A stretch of 63,947 nucleotides of DNA, filler included, from an uncultured bacterium (GCA_964449065.1; 5 parts of 5 records of this genome joined end to end with filler, not necessarily neighbours in it), one strand, 5' to 3'. Numbered from the whole stretch's first letter, positions 44,122 to 55,290 are shown. A program made the numbers and translations. The notes: a model not told the origin generated them from the letters alone.

Positions 44122-45660
44122 TTAAGCCTTAGATGGAATATATTTTTCAATCGTTTCTTTGGATGGCGGCTGCGTGACCAGCGAAACTCCAACCAAAGAT
44201 ACAACGGAAACCAAAAACATAATGGCGACCGGCATCATGCCGAATACCTTAAATTCTCCATCCGTACCATAACCGGATGCATGGAACAGTACAAACCAAG
44301 ATATCGCTGTTCCTATTATACATGCATAGGCACCCATTTTCGTGACACGGCGCCAATAAATGGATGCGAAAACCAATGGGAACAATGCCCCAAAACCGCT
44401 AAAACACCAAACGCCCAAGGTAAATACGCGCGCGGGATTGGATAAAGAAAAGATATACGTTACGACCACAATCAGAATAATAAATATTCTAGCCATCAAT
44501 ACTTTTTGACTGTCTGTAAAACTGTCTTTTCCAAACGCATGAAACACGATATCGTTGGTAAACATGGTTCCCAAACACATGAACTGTGAGTCCAGTGAAG
44601 ACATAATCGCGGCTAAAATCCCGGCGGTCACCAAGCCTGAAAGCAGGCCGAAAAACGCGTCATCTGCCAATTTACCAACCATAACCCCCAATACGGCATT
44701 CGCCCGCGTTCCTTCCGGAACCACGCGGACCATCTCGCCATCCGCCCCGGGAATCATAGCGCTGGTTGCCCAGATGCCGATCATAATGCAGGGAATCCAA
44801 ACAATCATGATAAATATGGGATGAGCGATCACGGTTAGTTGAAACGTCCTAGCCGACTTCGCGGAAAGCCAGTTTTGAAACAGATGCGGAAACATACCGA
44901 CAGAAAGCGGAACAAAACAGTAAGTTAAAAATTCCAAATAGGGAATCTCCATATTGTCTTCTGTTCCACGCATGAGTTTGATGGGTTTGGTTTCCAGCAC
45001 TTGCTGTGAAGCGGCCTGCATCCCCCCCAACGCGTCGGCTATCATGTAGAAGGCAATGCAGCCCATGATCATAAAAACAACGGTTTGAAAGGCATTGGCC
45101 CACGCGGCGGCACGCAATCCTCCTAAAAATACATAAGTCAATACAACGCCGCAAATAACCAACCCGGTTAACCAGTTAGGAATAGCCCCGCCGGTATCGG
45201 GAAAGACTTCGGGCAATGCGCCTTTCGTCACGCCGTTCATCACACTGCCGGCGCCCATGATTCCAACCAACAAATACGGAATAACCAATGCCACTAAAAT
45301 GGGAAAAAGAACATAGCCCAAGCCNNNNNNNNNNTGGCATTGAGTGACATGCCCGTATTTTTTTCCATACGACCAAAGTTTAATTCCCACAATAAAAAAC
45401 ACCGCGGAGTGAATCAATCCCGACCAGGATGCCATTTTTCCATAAACGCCGATGCCACGGGCATACGCCTCTCCGGTAGAGCCCACCAGGGCAAACGCAG
45501 TCATGGTGGTTCCGAACACAGACATCAGCAAAAGGAATGGTCCGATACTACGGCTGGCGACAAAATAATCTGCCGCGGTTCCGCGCATGTAACGCGCGCT
45601 GAAAATCCCCAGTCCCAGCAAAAGACTCAGGTAGACAATAACAATAACAATAGTCGTCAT
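44122..45660 (-). CDS. Sodium:solute symporter family protein
   Basis: DYFVASRSIG, YVFLGGLRAAAW, AAIMSSLDS, about 13 TMs; 10-N gap at 45325-45334. Confidence 0.92.
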   Translation of the reverse strand: MTTIVIVIVYLSLLLGLGIFSARYMRGTAADYFVASRSIGPFLLLMSVFGTTMTAFALVGSTGEAYARGIGVYGKMASWSGLIHSAVFFIVGIKLWSYGKKYGHVTQCXXXXGLGYVLFPILVALVIPYLLVGIMGAGSVMNGVTKGALPEVFPDTGGAIPNWLTGLVICGVVLTYVFLGGLRAAAWANAFQTVVFMIMGCIAFYMIADALGGMQAASQQVLETKPIKLMRGTEDNMEIPYLEFLTYCFVPLSVGMFPHLFQNWLSAKSARTFQLTVIAHPIFIMIVWIPCIMIGIWATSAMIPGADGEMVRVVPEGTRANAVLGVMVGKLADDAFFGLLSGLVTAGILAAIMSSLDSQFMCLGTMFTNDIVFHAFGKDSFTDSQKVLMARIFIILIVVVTYIFSLSNPARVFTLGVWCFSGFGALFPLVFASIYWRRVTKMGAYACIIGTAISWFVLFHASGYGTDGEFKVFGMMPVAIMFLVSVVSLVGVSLVTQPPSKETIEKYIPSKA

Positions 45661-45896
45661 GATGTAGAGGGGGTCTCCATTTCTTCGATGGCTTCTATCA
45701 CTTCCTCTTCAACATCCGTTGGCCATGCATAAACAACCGCCAAAGCCCAAATAATAGCCGAGGCGATGGAAAATCCCATATGGTATGCCAGGCCGACCGG
45801 TAAGACCCCCAATACCAAAGAGGGATCATCCCAATACCAAAAGTCTTGATGAAGCACCGCCAGCACAATCGCGGCCCCGTAAATAATCGTTCGCAT
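45657..45896 (-). CDS. DUF3311-like small membrane protein (SSS partner)
   Basis: LHQDFWYWDDPSLVLGVLPVGLAYH; ATGA overlap with the symporter. Confidence 0.8.
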   Translation of the reverse strand: MRTIIYGAAIVLAVLHQDFWYWDDPSLVLGVLPVGLAYHMGFSIASAIIWALAVVYAWPTDVEEEVIEAIEEMETPSTS

Positions 45897-45920
45897 CGAA
45901 TGAATCCTGTTCTTTTGGGT

Positions 45921-47411
45921 TTAGTTCACAGCATACAAGTGGGTTTGAGTTGCTATATAGAAAACCCCATTTGCAAAGACCGGTGTGGAATAAGCCAGCG
46001 CGCCCAAATCAATTTCCGCAATGAGTTCTTTTTCTTTTCCGGCTTTCAGAATCATCAAAAATCCATCCTCATTGTTGATGTAAACCTTGCCGTCCATTGC
46101 TAAAGTCGAACTCCAAATATGGCTAAGCGTATCGTGTTCCCAATACTTCTCGCCGGTATTCGCATCCAAGCAATACACAATGCCCGCGTAATCCGCAATG
46201 TAAACGATGTCATCCATGATTGACGCGGTAGAAATGGTTCGCATCACTTCTTTGGATTCCCAAATCACTTTACCGGTTTTGGCATCGGCACAAACAAAGT
46301 GTCCCACACCATCGCCGTGTTCCGGATCCTGCCCGATACCGACATACACTTTGTCTTCATAAAACACGGGCGTACCGATGATCTCGCTCGGCCCTTCATA
46401 CGCCGGATAGTCATGCTCAAAGTATGCTTTTGGAACGCAGTTCACTTTCCAGTTTTCTTTGAACACCATATAACCGTCTTCATCTTCAACCGGTTTGGGA
46501 TCAAAGCTGTACAGAAAGCCGTCACCAGCACCGAAGAAGATCATTTCTTTGCCATCCACTTCTCCATAAGTTGGAGAAGACCAGTTGCAGTGCATTAGGT
46601 TTTCGCTAATGCCGGATGCTTCTTCGCCCACCAAATCGCCCGTCTTTTTATCCAACATGCAAAGCGTCGGCGCAAACGGTGATGGAATGTTTGAGTGCGA
46701 CCAATCCTGTCCGTTGGATGTGGTGGCGACCACCGTATCTTCCAACACCAATACCGAGCTGCTGGCAATGTTATGGGGAAACACGCCCAACTCTTCGCGC
46801 ATGTCATACACCCAAATAATGTCGGCATCCTTGTCGCCCACTTCCAGCGGCGGGTTGCCCGGTCCGGCCATATAAACGCCTTCATCCGTCATGCCTTGGT
46901 TGCCGTTTTTCATACCTTCCACATCCAGGCAAACCACTTCGCAACGGTTGGTGACAACATACACACGATCACCATCTACCGCGGGAGAAGAGCAAATACC
47001 GAGATATTCCCAGTCACTAACTTTCCCGGCGCCCAATTTCGGCACGGACAATTGCCACAAGAATTCACCTTTGTCTTCGGTAAAGCACATCACAACACCA
47101 TGGTCGCCTTTGATCTTTTCCAACCGGGGGGATTCGTTGTTGGTGCCGATAAAAACTCTCCCATCCGCAACCGTGGTGTTTCCATAAGACTGCGACCCCA
47201 ACTTCGCCACCCATTTGATGTTTTTGGTGGTCGACATATCCACTTCTTCGCTGTTTTCTTTGAACGTGCCAACTTCAAATGAAGTGGGGGCACCTTGTTC
47301 CGGCGAATACATATTGCGGTTTTTTGTATGCCCCCAATGCGGCCAATCGACCGTAAAACCGGTTTGCAATGACAAACATAATACTGCGGTAAGAAAACTG
47401 ATTGATTTCAT
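45921..47411 (-). CDS. Exported PQQ-binding-like beta-propeller protein
   Basis: Signal peptide, DWPHWG...RN, repeated C.DA.TG...W and SSP units. Confidence 0.88.
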   Translation of the reverse strand: MKSISFLTAVLCLSLQTGFTVDWPHWGHTKNRNMYSPEQGAPTSFEVGTFKENSEEVDMSTTKNIKWVAKLGSQSYGNTTVADGRVFIGTNNESPRLEKIKGDHGVVMCFTEDKGEFLWQLSVPKLGAGKVSDWEYLGICSSPAVDGDRVYVVTNRCEVVCLDVEGMKNGNQGMTDEGVYMAGPGNPPLEVGDKDADIIWVYDMREELGVFPHNIASSSVLVLEDTVVATTSNGQDWSHSNIPSPFAPTLCMLDKKTGDLVGEEASGISENLMHCNWSSPTYGEVDGKEMIFFGAGDGFLYSFDPKPVEDEDGYMVFKENWKVNCVPKAYFEHDYPAYEGPSEIIGTPVFYEDKVYVGIGQDPEHGDGVGHFVCADAKTGKVIWESKEVMRTISTASIMDDIVYIADYAGIVYCLDANTGEKYWEHDTLSHIWSSTLAMDGKVYINNEDGFLMILKAGKEKELIAEIDLGALAYSTPVFANGVFYIATQTHLYAVN

Positions 47412-47440
47412 AATTATTCCTGCCTGTAATGAAATTAAGA

Positions 47441-50350
47441 TTATTGGTTCGAGGTTACCATGACATTATCCACATACACACTATACCGGCTTTGCGGAGA
47501 AAATCCGAAAATTCCCGGCACGCCTTCTTGGTTGGCGTTTTTGTGCGGCACTTCAATCATCCATTCGTCCGGTTCTGCTGTGCCTTGCGGCCATGCTTTC
47601 GCTTGCACCAATCCCGAACCGTCCGGCTTGACTTCCACATGAGCTTTAACGGTATGCCATTCGTCTTCTTTCCAACTATAAGGAACAGATTCCACGATCC
47701 TGTTGTAGTTGGAACTGACTTCCAGCGTCCGTTTGTTTCCGATAAGCGCGATGATATAGCGCTGGCAGATTACGCCGACGTTTGACTTCATCCGGCGGTC
47801 GCCGTCTGTCATCACATCCGCTTGGATGGTATAGTCACTGGTATCGGGATGGCCGATGAACGTCAACGCGCGCTGGAACAGCACATTATCCAATGTCTTC
47901 ACCAACACGTTATTGCCGTCCTTTTCTTGAATTTCCCACTTAAAGCGGGCACCGATCCACGGCAAGGGCGGATAGGAAAATTTCTTGTTCATATCGGGGT
48001 TGGTTTCCGTCAACTCAAACTCTTCAAAATCTTCCCGGATGGGCGTTTGAGGAAGAAGTCTGCCGCGCGTAAATCCTACCAAGCCGTCATCGTGGGTCGC
48101 TTTAAATGCCCCTGCGGAAATTTCGGCGTCCGCTTTCGCCACCAACTTACCATCGGAATTGAACGCGGCATCCATTTGTGTTCTTACTTTGGCTGTGGGA
48201 GGAATAAACGGCTCAAACGCCAAATCATCCGCTGCTTGCAGTTTGCCCATGGGCGCGCCGAATTGATCCATCACCCGGTAACGAAATGCTTTTGTTTCAC
48301 CGGGTGTAATTAACACATCCGCCGGAACCACTTGCAAAGAAGATGGTGTTTGATCGTATCCAGCAGCCGCATCTTTTGTTTCTTCTCCCGATTGATTCTC
48401 CGAGATTTCTTTGATGCGCAAATTTTTAAAGTAAACCGCTTTTTTAAAGTCATTACGCTGCAATGCAATATGCCCTGTATTGGGATGATCTTTTAATTCG
48501 TCAAACTGAGAAATATCAACGCCATCCTGCACGACCGTATCGTTGATTTTCACCCAGACGTGTCCGTTGAGGTATTTGATTTCCACACGATTCCACTCAC
48601 CAATGGGTTTTGCCGGGTCGGCTGCCGGTGCCGCAAAACGCTCAATCGCTCCGTTCTTACTTTCCGGAGAATTAATCTTGGAATCATCCCCGGATTCCAA
48701 TTGAATTTCCAGCCGGTTTTCTTTTTTAAAGACCTCTTTCTTGGGAGGGGTATGCAGCAAGACTCCGCTATTTCCCCGGGAATCAAACTTTACATCAAAA
48801 CGCAAAATAAAATTCTCGAACTCTTTTTTGGAAATAACCGCCCAATAATCCCAGCCGCCGACTTTTAACACCTTTTCGCCCTCTTCTTCGATTACTTCCG
48901 GGCCGGCTTTTTCCAGCCCTTGGATGTTCCATCCATCATTGTCCCAAGAGTCAAACAAGGGTTCAAAACCTTCGTCCACTTGTGCCGTCTGTGTGGTCTC
49001 GCCACCAGCATCCTCAGCCGCGGTGCCAAAGCAATGCAGACCGTTCATTGCATGGAGATAGATTTTGCCGTCCCAAACTACCGGCGAACCGATTAAATTC
49101 GCGCCTACATTCACATGATGCAGGATTTCGGCCTTTTCATCCGTCGGCTTTATAATGTAGAAATCACCATCCACCATCGGCACATACAGTTTTCCGTCCG
49201 CGTACAATGGTGAAGCGTGCAGCTGCTCGTTCGCCAATTTTTCTTTCCACAAGATTTCGCCGGTATTCGCGTCAATGCAAAGCAAATCCCCCTGCAACAC
49301 GGTCTGATAAATCCGGTCACCCACGATGACAGGAGAACTGGTGAACATGATCATTTCCTGACGCCATTTTTCATACGAGTAATCCAATACCTTTGGGCCT
49401 TGTTCACCCTGTTCCGGTTTGGCTCCCCGCTTGATGGCAACCATACGTCCGACTTCAGTTGAATCCACGTTTTCTTTTCCGTGAACCGCGATGACATGAT
49501 CATCATGCACAACTACCGATGAGTTCACACCGCCCTGTGAGAGTTGAAAACGCCAAATCGGTTCGCCGGTATTCGCGTTGACACAAACAACATTCCCACA
49601 GCCGGTTCCGGCATAAAACACGCGGGTGTTGCCTTCATACGCAAAAACTGGAGTCGAAAACGAACTGTCTTTAGGTCCAATACCCGGCGTCGAACTCCAA
49701 ATCAAATCGCCATTGTGTTTATCAAAGGCCAAAAAGCGGTTGCGAGCCGGGCCTTCCGCGCCCCAAAAAGAATTGATGACATTGATAATAACCTTTTCAC
49801 CTTCAATGACCGGAGCGCCCGTTCTTCCGTTCGGGAAGGTTAATCGGCCAAAGCGTTCCATAATGGAAATCTGCCAGACCAATTCACCGTCGGGGGTAAA
49901 GCAGTTCATCAATCCCGGAGTGGTCAACAAATAGATATTCCCGGTTTCCGGGTCAACTGTCGGTGAGCCGATGGTGTAGCGGTCATACACGATATCACTA
50001 ATAAAGTCATTAAAGCCGTGTTTCCAAATTTCTTCGCCGGTGTCCGCATCCAGGCAGACCAAATATTCCCGTAAATCCGGGCCTTCGCCTTCATAGCCCC
50101 AAGCATACACACGGTCACCCGCGACAACGGGCGACCCCCGGCCCGGCAAGTCGTACGTCCAAAGATGATTTTCACCGCCCGGCTCCCATTTGTCCGGCAA
50201 TCCGGTCTCGTTGGAGACTCCGTTTTGGTGCGGTCCGCGCCAGTTCAACCAGCCTTCAACACACAGCGCTTGTTGAATGGAAACTAGCGTCACAACAATA
50301 CATGGAAATGCTATGCGAAATATAGTAAGAAAAGTGTTTGAAACATTCAC
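47441..50350 (-). CDS. Exported PQQ-like beta-propeller + DUF1080 + C-terminal ConA-like domain protein
   Basis: WLNWRGP; propeller repeats; GFEPLFD, FENFILRFD, GNSGV, GEWNRVEI, GHIALQ, YFKNLRIKE. Confidence 0.85.
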   Translation of the reverse strand: MNVSNTFLTIFRIAFPCIVVTLVSIQQALCVEGWLNWRGPHQNGVSNETGLPDKWEPGGENHLWTYDLPGRGSPVVAGDRVYAWGYEGEGPDLREYLVCLDADTGEEIWKHGFNDFISDIVYDRYTIGSPTVDPETGNIYLLTTPGLMNCFTPDGELVWQISIMERFGRLTFPNGRTGAPVIEGEKVIINVINSFWGAEGPARNRFLAFDKHNGDLIWSSTPGIGPKDSSFSTPVFAYEGNTRVFYAGTGCGNVVCVNANTGEPIWRFQLSQGGVNSSVVVHDDHVIAVHGKENVDSTEVGRMVAIKRGAKPEQGEQGPKVLDYSYEKWRQEMIMFTSSPVIVGDRIYQTVLQGDLLCIDANTGEILWKEKLANEQLHASPLYADGKLYVPMVDGDFYIIKPTDEKAEILHHVNVGANLIGSPVVWDGKIYLHAMNGLHCFGTAAEDAGGETTQTAQVDEGFEPLFDSWDNDGWNIQGLEKAGPEVIEEEGEKVLKVGGWDYWAVISKKEFENFILRFDVKFDSRGNSGVLLHTPPKKEVFKKENRLEIQLESGDDSKINSPESKNGAIERFAAPAADPAKPIGEWNRVEIKYLNGHVWVKINDTVVQDGVDISQFDELKDHPNTGHIALQRNDFKKAVYFKNLRIKEISENQSGEETKDAAAGYDQTPSSLQVVPADVLITPGETKAFRYRVMDQFGAPMGKLQAADDLAFEPFIPPTAKVRTQMDAAFNSDGKLVAKADAEISAGAFKATHDDGLVGFTRGRLLPQTPIREDFEEFELTETNPDMNKKFSYPPLPWIGARFKWEIQEKDGNNVLVKTLDNVLFQRALTFIGHPDTSDYTIQADVMTDGDRRMKSNVGVICQRYIIALIGNKRTLEVSSNYNRIVESVPYSWKEDEWHTVKAHVEVKPDGSGLVQAKAWPQGTAEPDEWMIEVPHKNANQEGVPGIFGFSPQSRYSVYVDNVMVTSNQ

Positions 50351-50474
50351 TATCGATTACCCCTTTATATAAAATGCAAATTTCTATTATTACCAAAGAT
50401 TGATTTCTGATGAAGTGCAGGACATCTATCCCGGAATGAACATTCACCGGATTTATTTACTGCCTAACTTCCAT

Positions 50475-51671
50475 CTACTTCTTTACATTCACACAAACCA
50501 CTTCACCCGCGGCATTGCGCGCGTAAATTTTGCCATTCGCCAACACCGGAACCGACCAGCAGCGTCCGCTCAACACATTCATCCGGCTGATTTCTTTGTA
50601 TTCATCCGGGTTGGTTTCCGCGACGGCCAAATCTCCTTTTTCACCTAAAATCAGCAACTTTCCATCAGCAATCATCAGGGTGCCTTTCCCCAGACTGCGC
50701 TCCGACCATTGAATTTCACCGGTTTTAAATTCCAAACAGCGCAGGTTGGATTCATCAAATCCATACAAATAGCCTTCCCACAACACGCTGGCATTCATTT
50801 GGTTGCGCATTCTGCGGTTGTGCCATACTTCTTGAGTTTTTCCATCTTCTCCGGTTAAGATCAATCCCCCACCCACTCCATAACCGGATGAGAGAAAGAA
50901 TTTGCCATCGGAAAAGATTGGTGTGGCGGCATTGACGCCGTAATTGGTTTCCCAGCGGTGTTTCAGCACTTCATTGCCGTTTGAAGCATCCACAACCACC
51001 AAACCGTATTTATTAAACCCGGCAATACACCGTTTGCCGTTCAAATCAATCGAGATAGGAGAACCATAAGCCGGTTCATAATTTTCACTCTTCCACAACA
51101 ATTCACCGGTTTTCCGGTTATAAGCGGCAAACACGCCCACTTCCACAATAACCAAGTCTTTTTCAATCAGGGGAGAAATGTTCAAGCGCCATTCCGGCAA
51201 TTTGATTCCCAATTCATTCGGCAGCATTTTCAACCATTTCTCTTCACCGGTTTTGGCGTCTAAACAATAAAAGTGGCCTTCTTTGCTGACGGTATACACA
51301 AGCCCGTCATACACGGTCGGTGTACATCCCGGTCCGCCTTCATACAGATTCGGCTGCAACCCGCATGAATAAGAATGTTTCCATATCACATCGCCGGTTT
51401 CCGCGTCAAAGCACCATACGGTATCAACATCTTCCATGTTCCCCATGGTATACACCCGGCCGTCTACCACTGAGAATGAAGAAAACCCGATGCCGACATT
51501 CGCCTTCCAATCAATCGGCGGCTTTTCATCCGACCAGTCGTGATCCCAGCCCGTTTCGGTGGAAATCCGGTCGCGGTGCGGTCCGTGATATTGATACCAA
51601 TCACCCGCAAATGTTAACGACGATACAAAAACCAATAAAGCACTGAAAAGTAATAACTTGCGCATAATCAT
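50475..51671 (-). CDS. Exported PQQ-binding-like beta-propeller protein
   Basis: Signal peptide, DWYQYHGPHRD, CFDAETG.VIW repeats, WSVPVLANGKIYARN; GGAGG RBS. Confidence 0.88.
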   Translation of the reverse strand: MIMRKLLLFSALLVFVSSLTFAGDWYQYHGPHRDRISTETGWDHDWSDEKPPIDWKANVGIGFSSFSVVDGRVYTMGNMEDVDTVWCFDAETGDVIWKHSYSCGLQPNLYEGGPGCTPTVYDGLVYTVSKEGHFYCLDAKTGEEKWLKMLPNELGIKLPEWRLNISPLIEKDLVIVEVGVFAAYNRKTGELLWKSENYEPAYGSPISIDLNGKRCIAGFNKYGLVVVDASNGNEVLKHRWETNYGVNAATPIFSDGKFFLSSGYGVGGGLILTGEDGKTQEVWHNRRMRNQMNASVLWEGYLYGFDESNLRCLEFKTGEIQWSERSLGKGTLMIADGKLLILGEKGDLAVAETNPDEYKEISRMNVLSGRCWSVPVLANGKIYARNAAGEVVCVNVKK

Positions 51672-51890
51672 CCTCCGCGATTCGTTTCAAACAGCTCTGC
51701 AATCAACGAGATTCGTTAGTCTGTCTTATCCAAACCAACGATTGTTCCCTTCAATTGTTTTGATTTGATAAATAAAGTTTTGCACGGGGAATCTTAACCG
51801 AAAATGTCTTCCCGTAAAATGCCTCTTGCTGATCAGGATTGCGCAATAAAACGGCCGTTTATCCAATTTTTTTTATCAACGGTTTCCATA

Positions 51891-51918
51891 TTGACTTGAC
51901 CTAAAGACTGACTATATT
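51891..51918 (+). promoter_or_regulatory. Sigma-70 promoter candidate for the helicase gene
   Basis: TTGACT-16 bp-TATATT. Confidence 0.5.
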
Positions 51919-51957
51919 CTTAAGTCTCTCTTATTTTTCCATTCAGGTGATTTTGGG

Positions 51958-53892
51958 TTGAGTCTTTCGTTCCTTTCTAAACTAAATCCGCAGCAGAAGA
52001 ACGCAGTAACGCATTCTGGCAGCCCGTTATTGGTACTGGCAGGCGCGGGCAGCGGCAAAACCCGTGTCATTATTTGCCGTATCGTCTATTTGATCAAAAA
52101 GCATCAAGTAAATCCGGCCAATATCCTGGGGGTCACCTTTACCAACAAAGCCGCCAATGAAATGAAGGAACGCGCCGCCGCCATGGCTGGCCCGGCTGCC
52201 AAACAAGTCCGCCTCTGCACCTTTCATTCACTTGGAGTCTCCATTCTCCGTAAGCACATCCACCATCTGGGTTACCGCAACGATTTCACCATCTACTCCG
52301 ATGGCGATCAACTCTCGCTGATCCGTACCATGCTGCGCGAACACCCCCAACGGAAAGAAAAATTCGATCCCGGCATCCTCGTGCAGCGAATCAGCCAGCA
52401 CAAAAACAACCGCATCGAAGGCATCAAAGACTTTCATCTCTATAACGACAAATACGATGATATCTTTCCCGAACTGTTTCAGCATTACGAAGAAAGCCTC
52501 AAGGCCTGCCAAGCGGTTGATTTCGATGACCTCATCCTGCTCCCTCTCCGGCTGCTGCATCAATCGAAAGAAGTTCTCAATGAATGCCGCAGCCAATATA
52601 AGCACCTGCTGGTGGATGAGTATCAAGACACCAACACCGGCCAATACAAATTCATGCGCGCCTTGGCAGGAGACGGGGAAAACCTGTGTGTAGTGGGGGA
52701 CGATGACCAAAGCATCTACAGCTGGCGTGGGGCGCAAGTCAAGAACATCCTCAACTTCGCCAAAGATTTCAAGCACGCCAAAATTATTAAACTCGAACAA
52801 AACTACCGTTCCACACAAACAATATTAAATGCCGCCAACGGGCTCATTCAATACAACGCGGTACGGCAGCAAAAATCCTTGTGGACGAACCGCAAACCCG
52901 GCAAGCGCATCGATGCCTTTATTGCCGTGGATGAAAACGACGAAGCCAAAACCATTGCCTGGCGCTTGCAGGCCATTCAAGAAAACACCCAAGCCCGCTG
53001 GCAGGATTTCGCCGTGCTCTACCGCAGCAACGTGCAGTCCCGCGCGATTGAAAGCGCATTGCGCATCGCAAAAATTCCATACAATGTAGTAGGTGGGTAT
53101 GAATTCTTCGAGCGCAAGGAAGTTAAAGATATCATCGCCTATTTAAAACTGATCCAAAATCCCGCCGATGACCTTAGCCTGCTGCGTATTATCAATTACC
53201 CCAAACGCGGCATCGGCAACCAAACCATTACCCAAGCCACGCAAGAAGCCAAGGCGAAAGGCCAGCCTCTTTTTCATTACCTAAAGCACATCAGCCACAA
53301 TGGCCATTTCAATGCCGCGACCAAGAAAGGGCTATTATCGTTTCTATCTATGATTGACGATTTACACGCATCCATCCCCATGATGCCGCTGCCCAAACTG
53401 ACGGAAAAAACCATCGCGGCCACCCGCTACCGAGAAGAGTTGGAACGCACCATCGAAAACCCAACCGACGCGCAAATCCGTATCGAAATCGTCGAAGAAC
53501 TGGTCTCCGCCTCTACCTCTTACATGGAGCAAGAACNNNNNNNNNNCGAAAATGCCGTTACCCTCAGCACCTTGCACAGCGCGAAAGGGTTGGAGTTTCC
53601 CTACGTCTTCATCTGCGGTTTGGAAGAAGACCTCTTCCCCCATTCGCGTTCGCTCAACGGCGGCACCCCCATCGATGAAGAACGCCGCTTGTGCTATGTG
53701 GGCCTCACCCGCGCGCAGGAACACCTCACCCTCAGCCTCACCCAAGAGCGCACCAAATTCGGCAAGAAAAAGAAAAGCATCCCCTCCCGCTTTCTCAAGG
53801 AAATCCCCGAACAGTGCCTCTGCAAACAATTCAGCCACAGCCCGCACTTCTTCAACCGCCAGCAAGCAAATACAGTAAAGAGTGACAAGTGA
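51958..53892 (+). CDS. UvrD/Rep/PcrA-family SF1 DNA helicase
   Basis: [55 protein letters not shown]; 10-N gap at 53537-53546. Confidence 0.93.
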   Translation: MSLSFLSKLNPQQKNAVTHSGSPLLVLAGAGSGKTRVIICRIVYLIKKHQVNPANILGVTFTNKAANEMKERAAAMAGPAAKQVRLCTFHSLGVSILRKHIHHLGYRNDFTIYSDGDQLSLIRTMLREHPQRKEKFDPGILVQRISQHKNNRIEGIKDFHLYNDKYDDIFPELFQHYEESLKACQAVDFDDLILLPLRLLHQSKEVLNECRSQYKHLLVDEYQDTNTGQYKFMRALAGDGENLCVVGDDDQSIYSWRGAQVKNILNFAKDFKHAKIIKLEQNYRSTQTILNAANGLIQYNAVRQQKSLWTNRKPGKRIDAFIAVDENDEAKTIAWRLQAIQENTQARWQDFAVLYRSNVQSRAIESALRIAKIPYNVVGGYEFFERKEVKDIIAYLKLIQNPADDLSLLRIINYPKRGIGNQTITQATQEAKAKGQPLFHYLKHISHNGHFNAATKKGLLSFLSMIDDLHASIPMMPLPKLTEKTIAATRYREELERTIENPTDAQIRIEIVEELVSASTSYMEQEXXXXENAVTLSTLHSAKGLEFPYVFICGLEEDLFPHSRSLNGGTPIDEERRLCYVGLTRAQEHLTLSLTQERTKFGKKKKSIPSRFLKEIPEQCLCKQFSHSPHFFNRQQANTVKSDK

Positions 53893-54217
53893 CAAGTCAG
53901 CAAGGGGGCTCGACAGTCCATTATTTTAAATACCGCTTCCAACCGCAAAGCGGGGCAATGTGTATGCAGCCGCCCTAAGATTTCATCCGGCAACCCACCG
54001 GATATCCCCATTTGTGATGATTGTCAATAATACGTTCTGACACAATACGTTCTGATTACCTTAACTTTTTCACACTCCGGCTTGAAGACGATTCTCACCA
54101 AAACGTACATCCTTTTTTGCAATTACTTTACTGACGTTACGCAAAAGGGAATAGAAAGTTCATGTTGAAATTGAGGTCTATTGAAAGCCCTTTAATTTTC
54201 AGTACGACTATCGTCTT

Positions 54218-54317
54218 NNNNNNNNNNNNNNNNNNNNNNNNNNNNNNNNNNNNNNNNNNNNTTAATTAATTAANNNNNNNNNNNNNNNNNNNNNNNNNNN
54301 NNNNNNNNNNNNNNNNN
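54218..54317. other. Artificial contig-join spacer
   Basis: N44-TTAATTAATTAA-N44. Confidence 0.95.
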
Positions 54318-54346
54318 CTAACCTCCCCCATTGCATTGGGGGAGGA
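54318..54346. repeat. REP-like palindrome, family A
   Basis: Copy of the hairpin at 18-46; at the contig start. Confidence 0.75.
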
Positions 54347-54526
54347 ATAAGGAACCTCTTTTTGATTTTTTATTTCACACCGCTGGCCTGTAACGTTTCT
54401 TCTTCGCTATATCCCTTAAGGCTATATCTGAGGGTTCGGTGCTTGTCACTAATCACTGTTTTTAGGTTGATAAGCTAAGGTTTACCCAAATTTCAGTAAA
54501 GCATTTGCCAACGATATATTCGTTGT

Positions 54527-54552
54527 GGGTAGCACCGGCTTCCAGCCGGTAC
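54527..54552 (+). repeat. GTAG-type REP-like palindrome, family D
   Basis: Inverted copy of 28836-28861. Confidence 0.75.
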
Positions 54553-54687
54553 GTCAATCCGTACAACGCAAAATATATATTACGAGAAAGCAGTTGTCCA
54601 AACAATGTGTTTTAGAAGGGCGGTTTTTTAGGAGGGCGAAGCAAGGTAAAGATGATTCATAACCAGCATACCAACTTGAAACTGGTA

Positions 54688-55290
54688 TTACAATGAGTTG
54701 CTGTTGCCAAGGCTGTCGTGATAAAGAATACCCAGGCTATGCAGACCGTTGCTGGGGTTGAACAGATTCCGGTTCAACGGCACGGCAGAATAAGGAACTT
54801 CATCCAAAACCCGTATCGAATATTGCGGGGGAAGATGCAGCGCGGGGCCGATGCTCATGGCTCCCCACGCGATATGGGTGAAGGGGTTGTTTTCTTCATT
54901 CTTAACCCAATGCAAAACCGCGGGCGCTTTATATTCTTTTCCCATGGATTGTTTCATAAACGGATCGACCGGAAGCGCACTTACGTAAGCGGTTGGGGTG
55001 GTTAAGAATGCCAAGCCGTTCAGGTTGTTATCGCGCACCGGGGCGAGGACGATTCCCTGCTTTGCGGCATTTTCTGGTGGAAAAACGTTGGCATAAGGAT
55101 GATCGTAGGAATATATCTGCAGGGCATCGACCAAGGTTTTTAAGTTGATGTGTGCATGGGTGATTTGCGAACGGTTGATCCATTGTGTATACCATCCAGC
55201 GGCGGCAACCGCTAAGAGCAACAGCAGGCCGGAGAGGATGAAGAGTTCACTTAGATGTTTGAAGAAAAATCGTCTTACGAAGTACAGCAT
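54688..55290 (-). CDS. Pilin-like paralog with degenerate N-terminal cleavage motif
   Basis: Shares LTTP.AY, DPF, SIGP and NPSNGL.S.G with the three prepilins; N-terminus HLSELFILSGLL instead of FTLIELL. Confidence 0.7.
   Translation of the reverse strand: MLYFVRRFFFKHLSELFILSGLLLLLAVAAAGWYTQWINRSQITHAHINLKTLVDALQIYSYDHPYANVFPPENAAKQGIVLAPVRDNNLNGLAFLTTPTAYVSALPVDPFMKQSMGKEYKAPAVLHWVKNEENNPFTHIAWGAMSIGPALHLPPQYSIRVLDEVPYSAVPLNRNLFNPSNGLHSLGILYHDSLGNSNSL

Noticed and set aside
45921..51671. PQQ-dependent dehydrogenases or BamB
   Set aside because: Only generic propeller repeats are visible; no pqq genes, quinoprotein catalytic motifs or bam context were identified.
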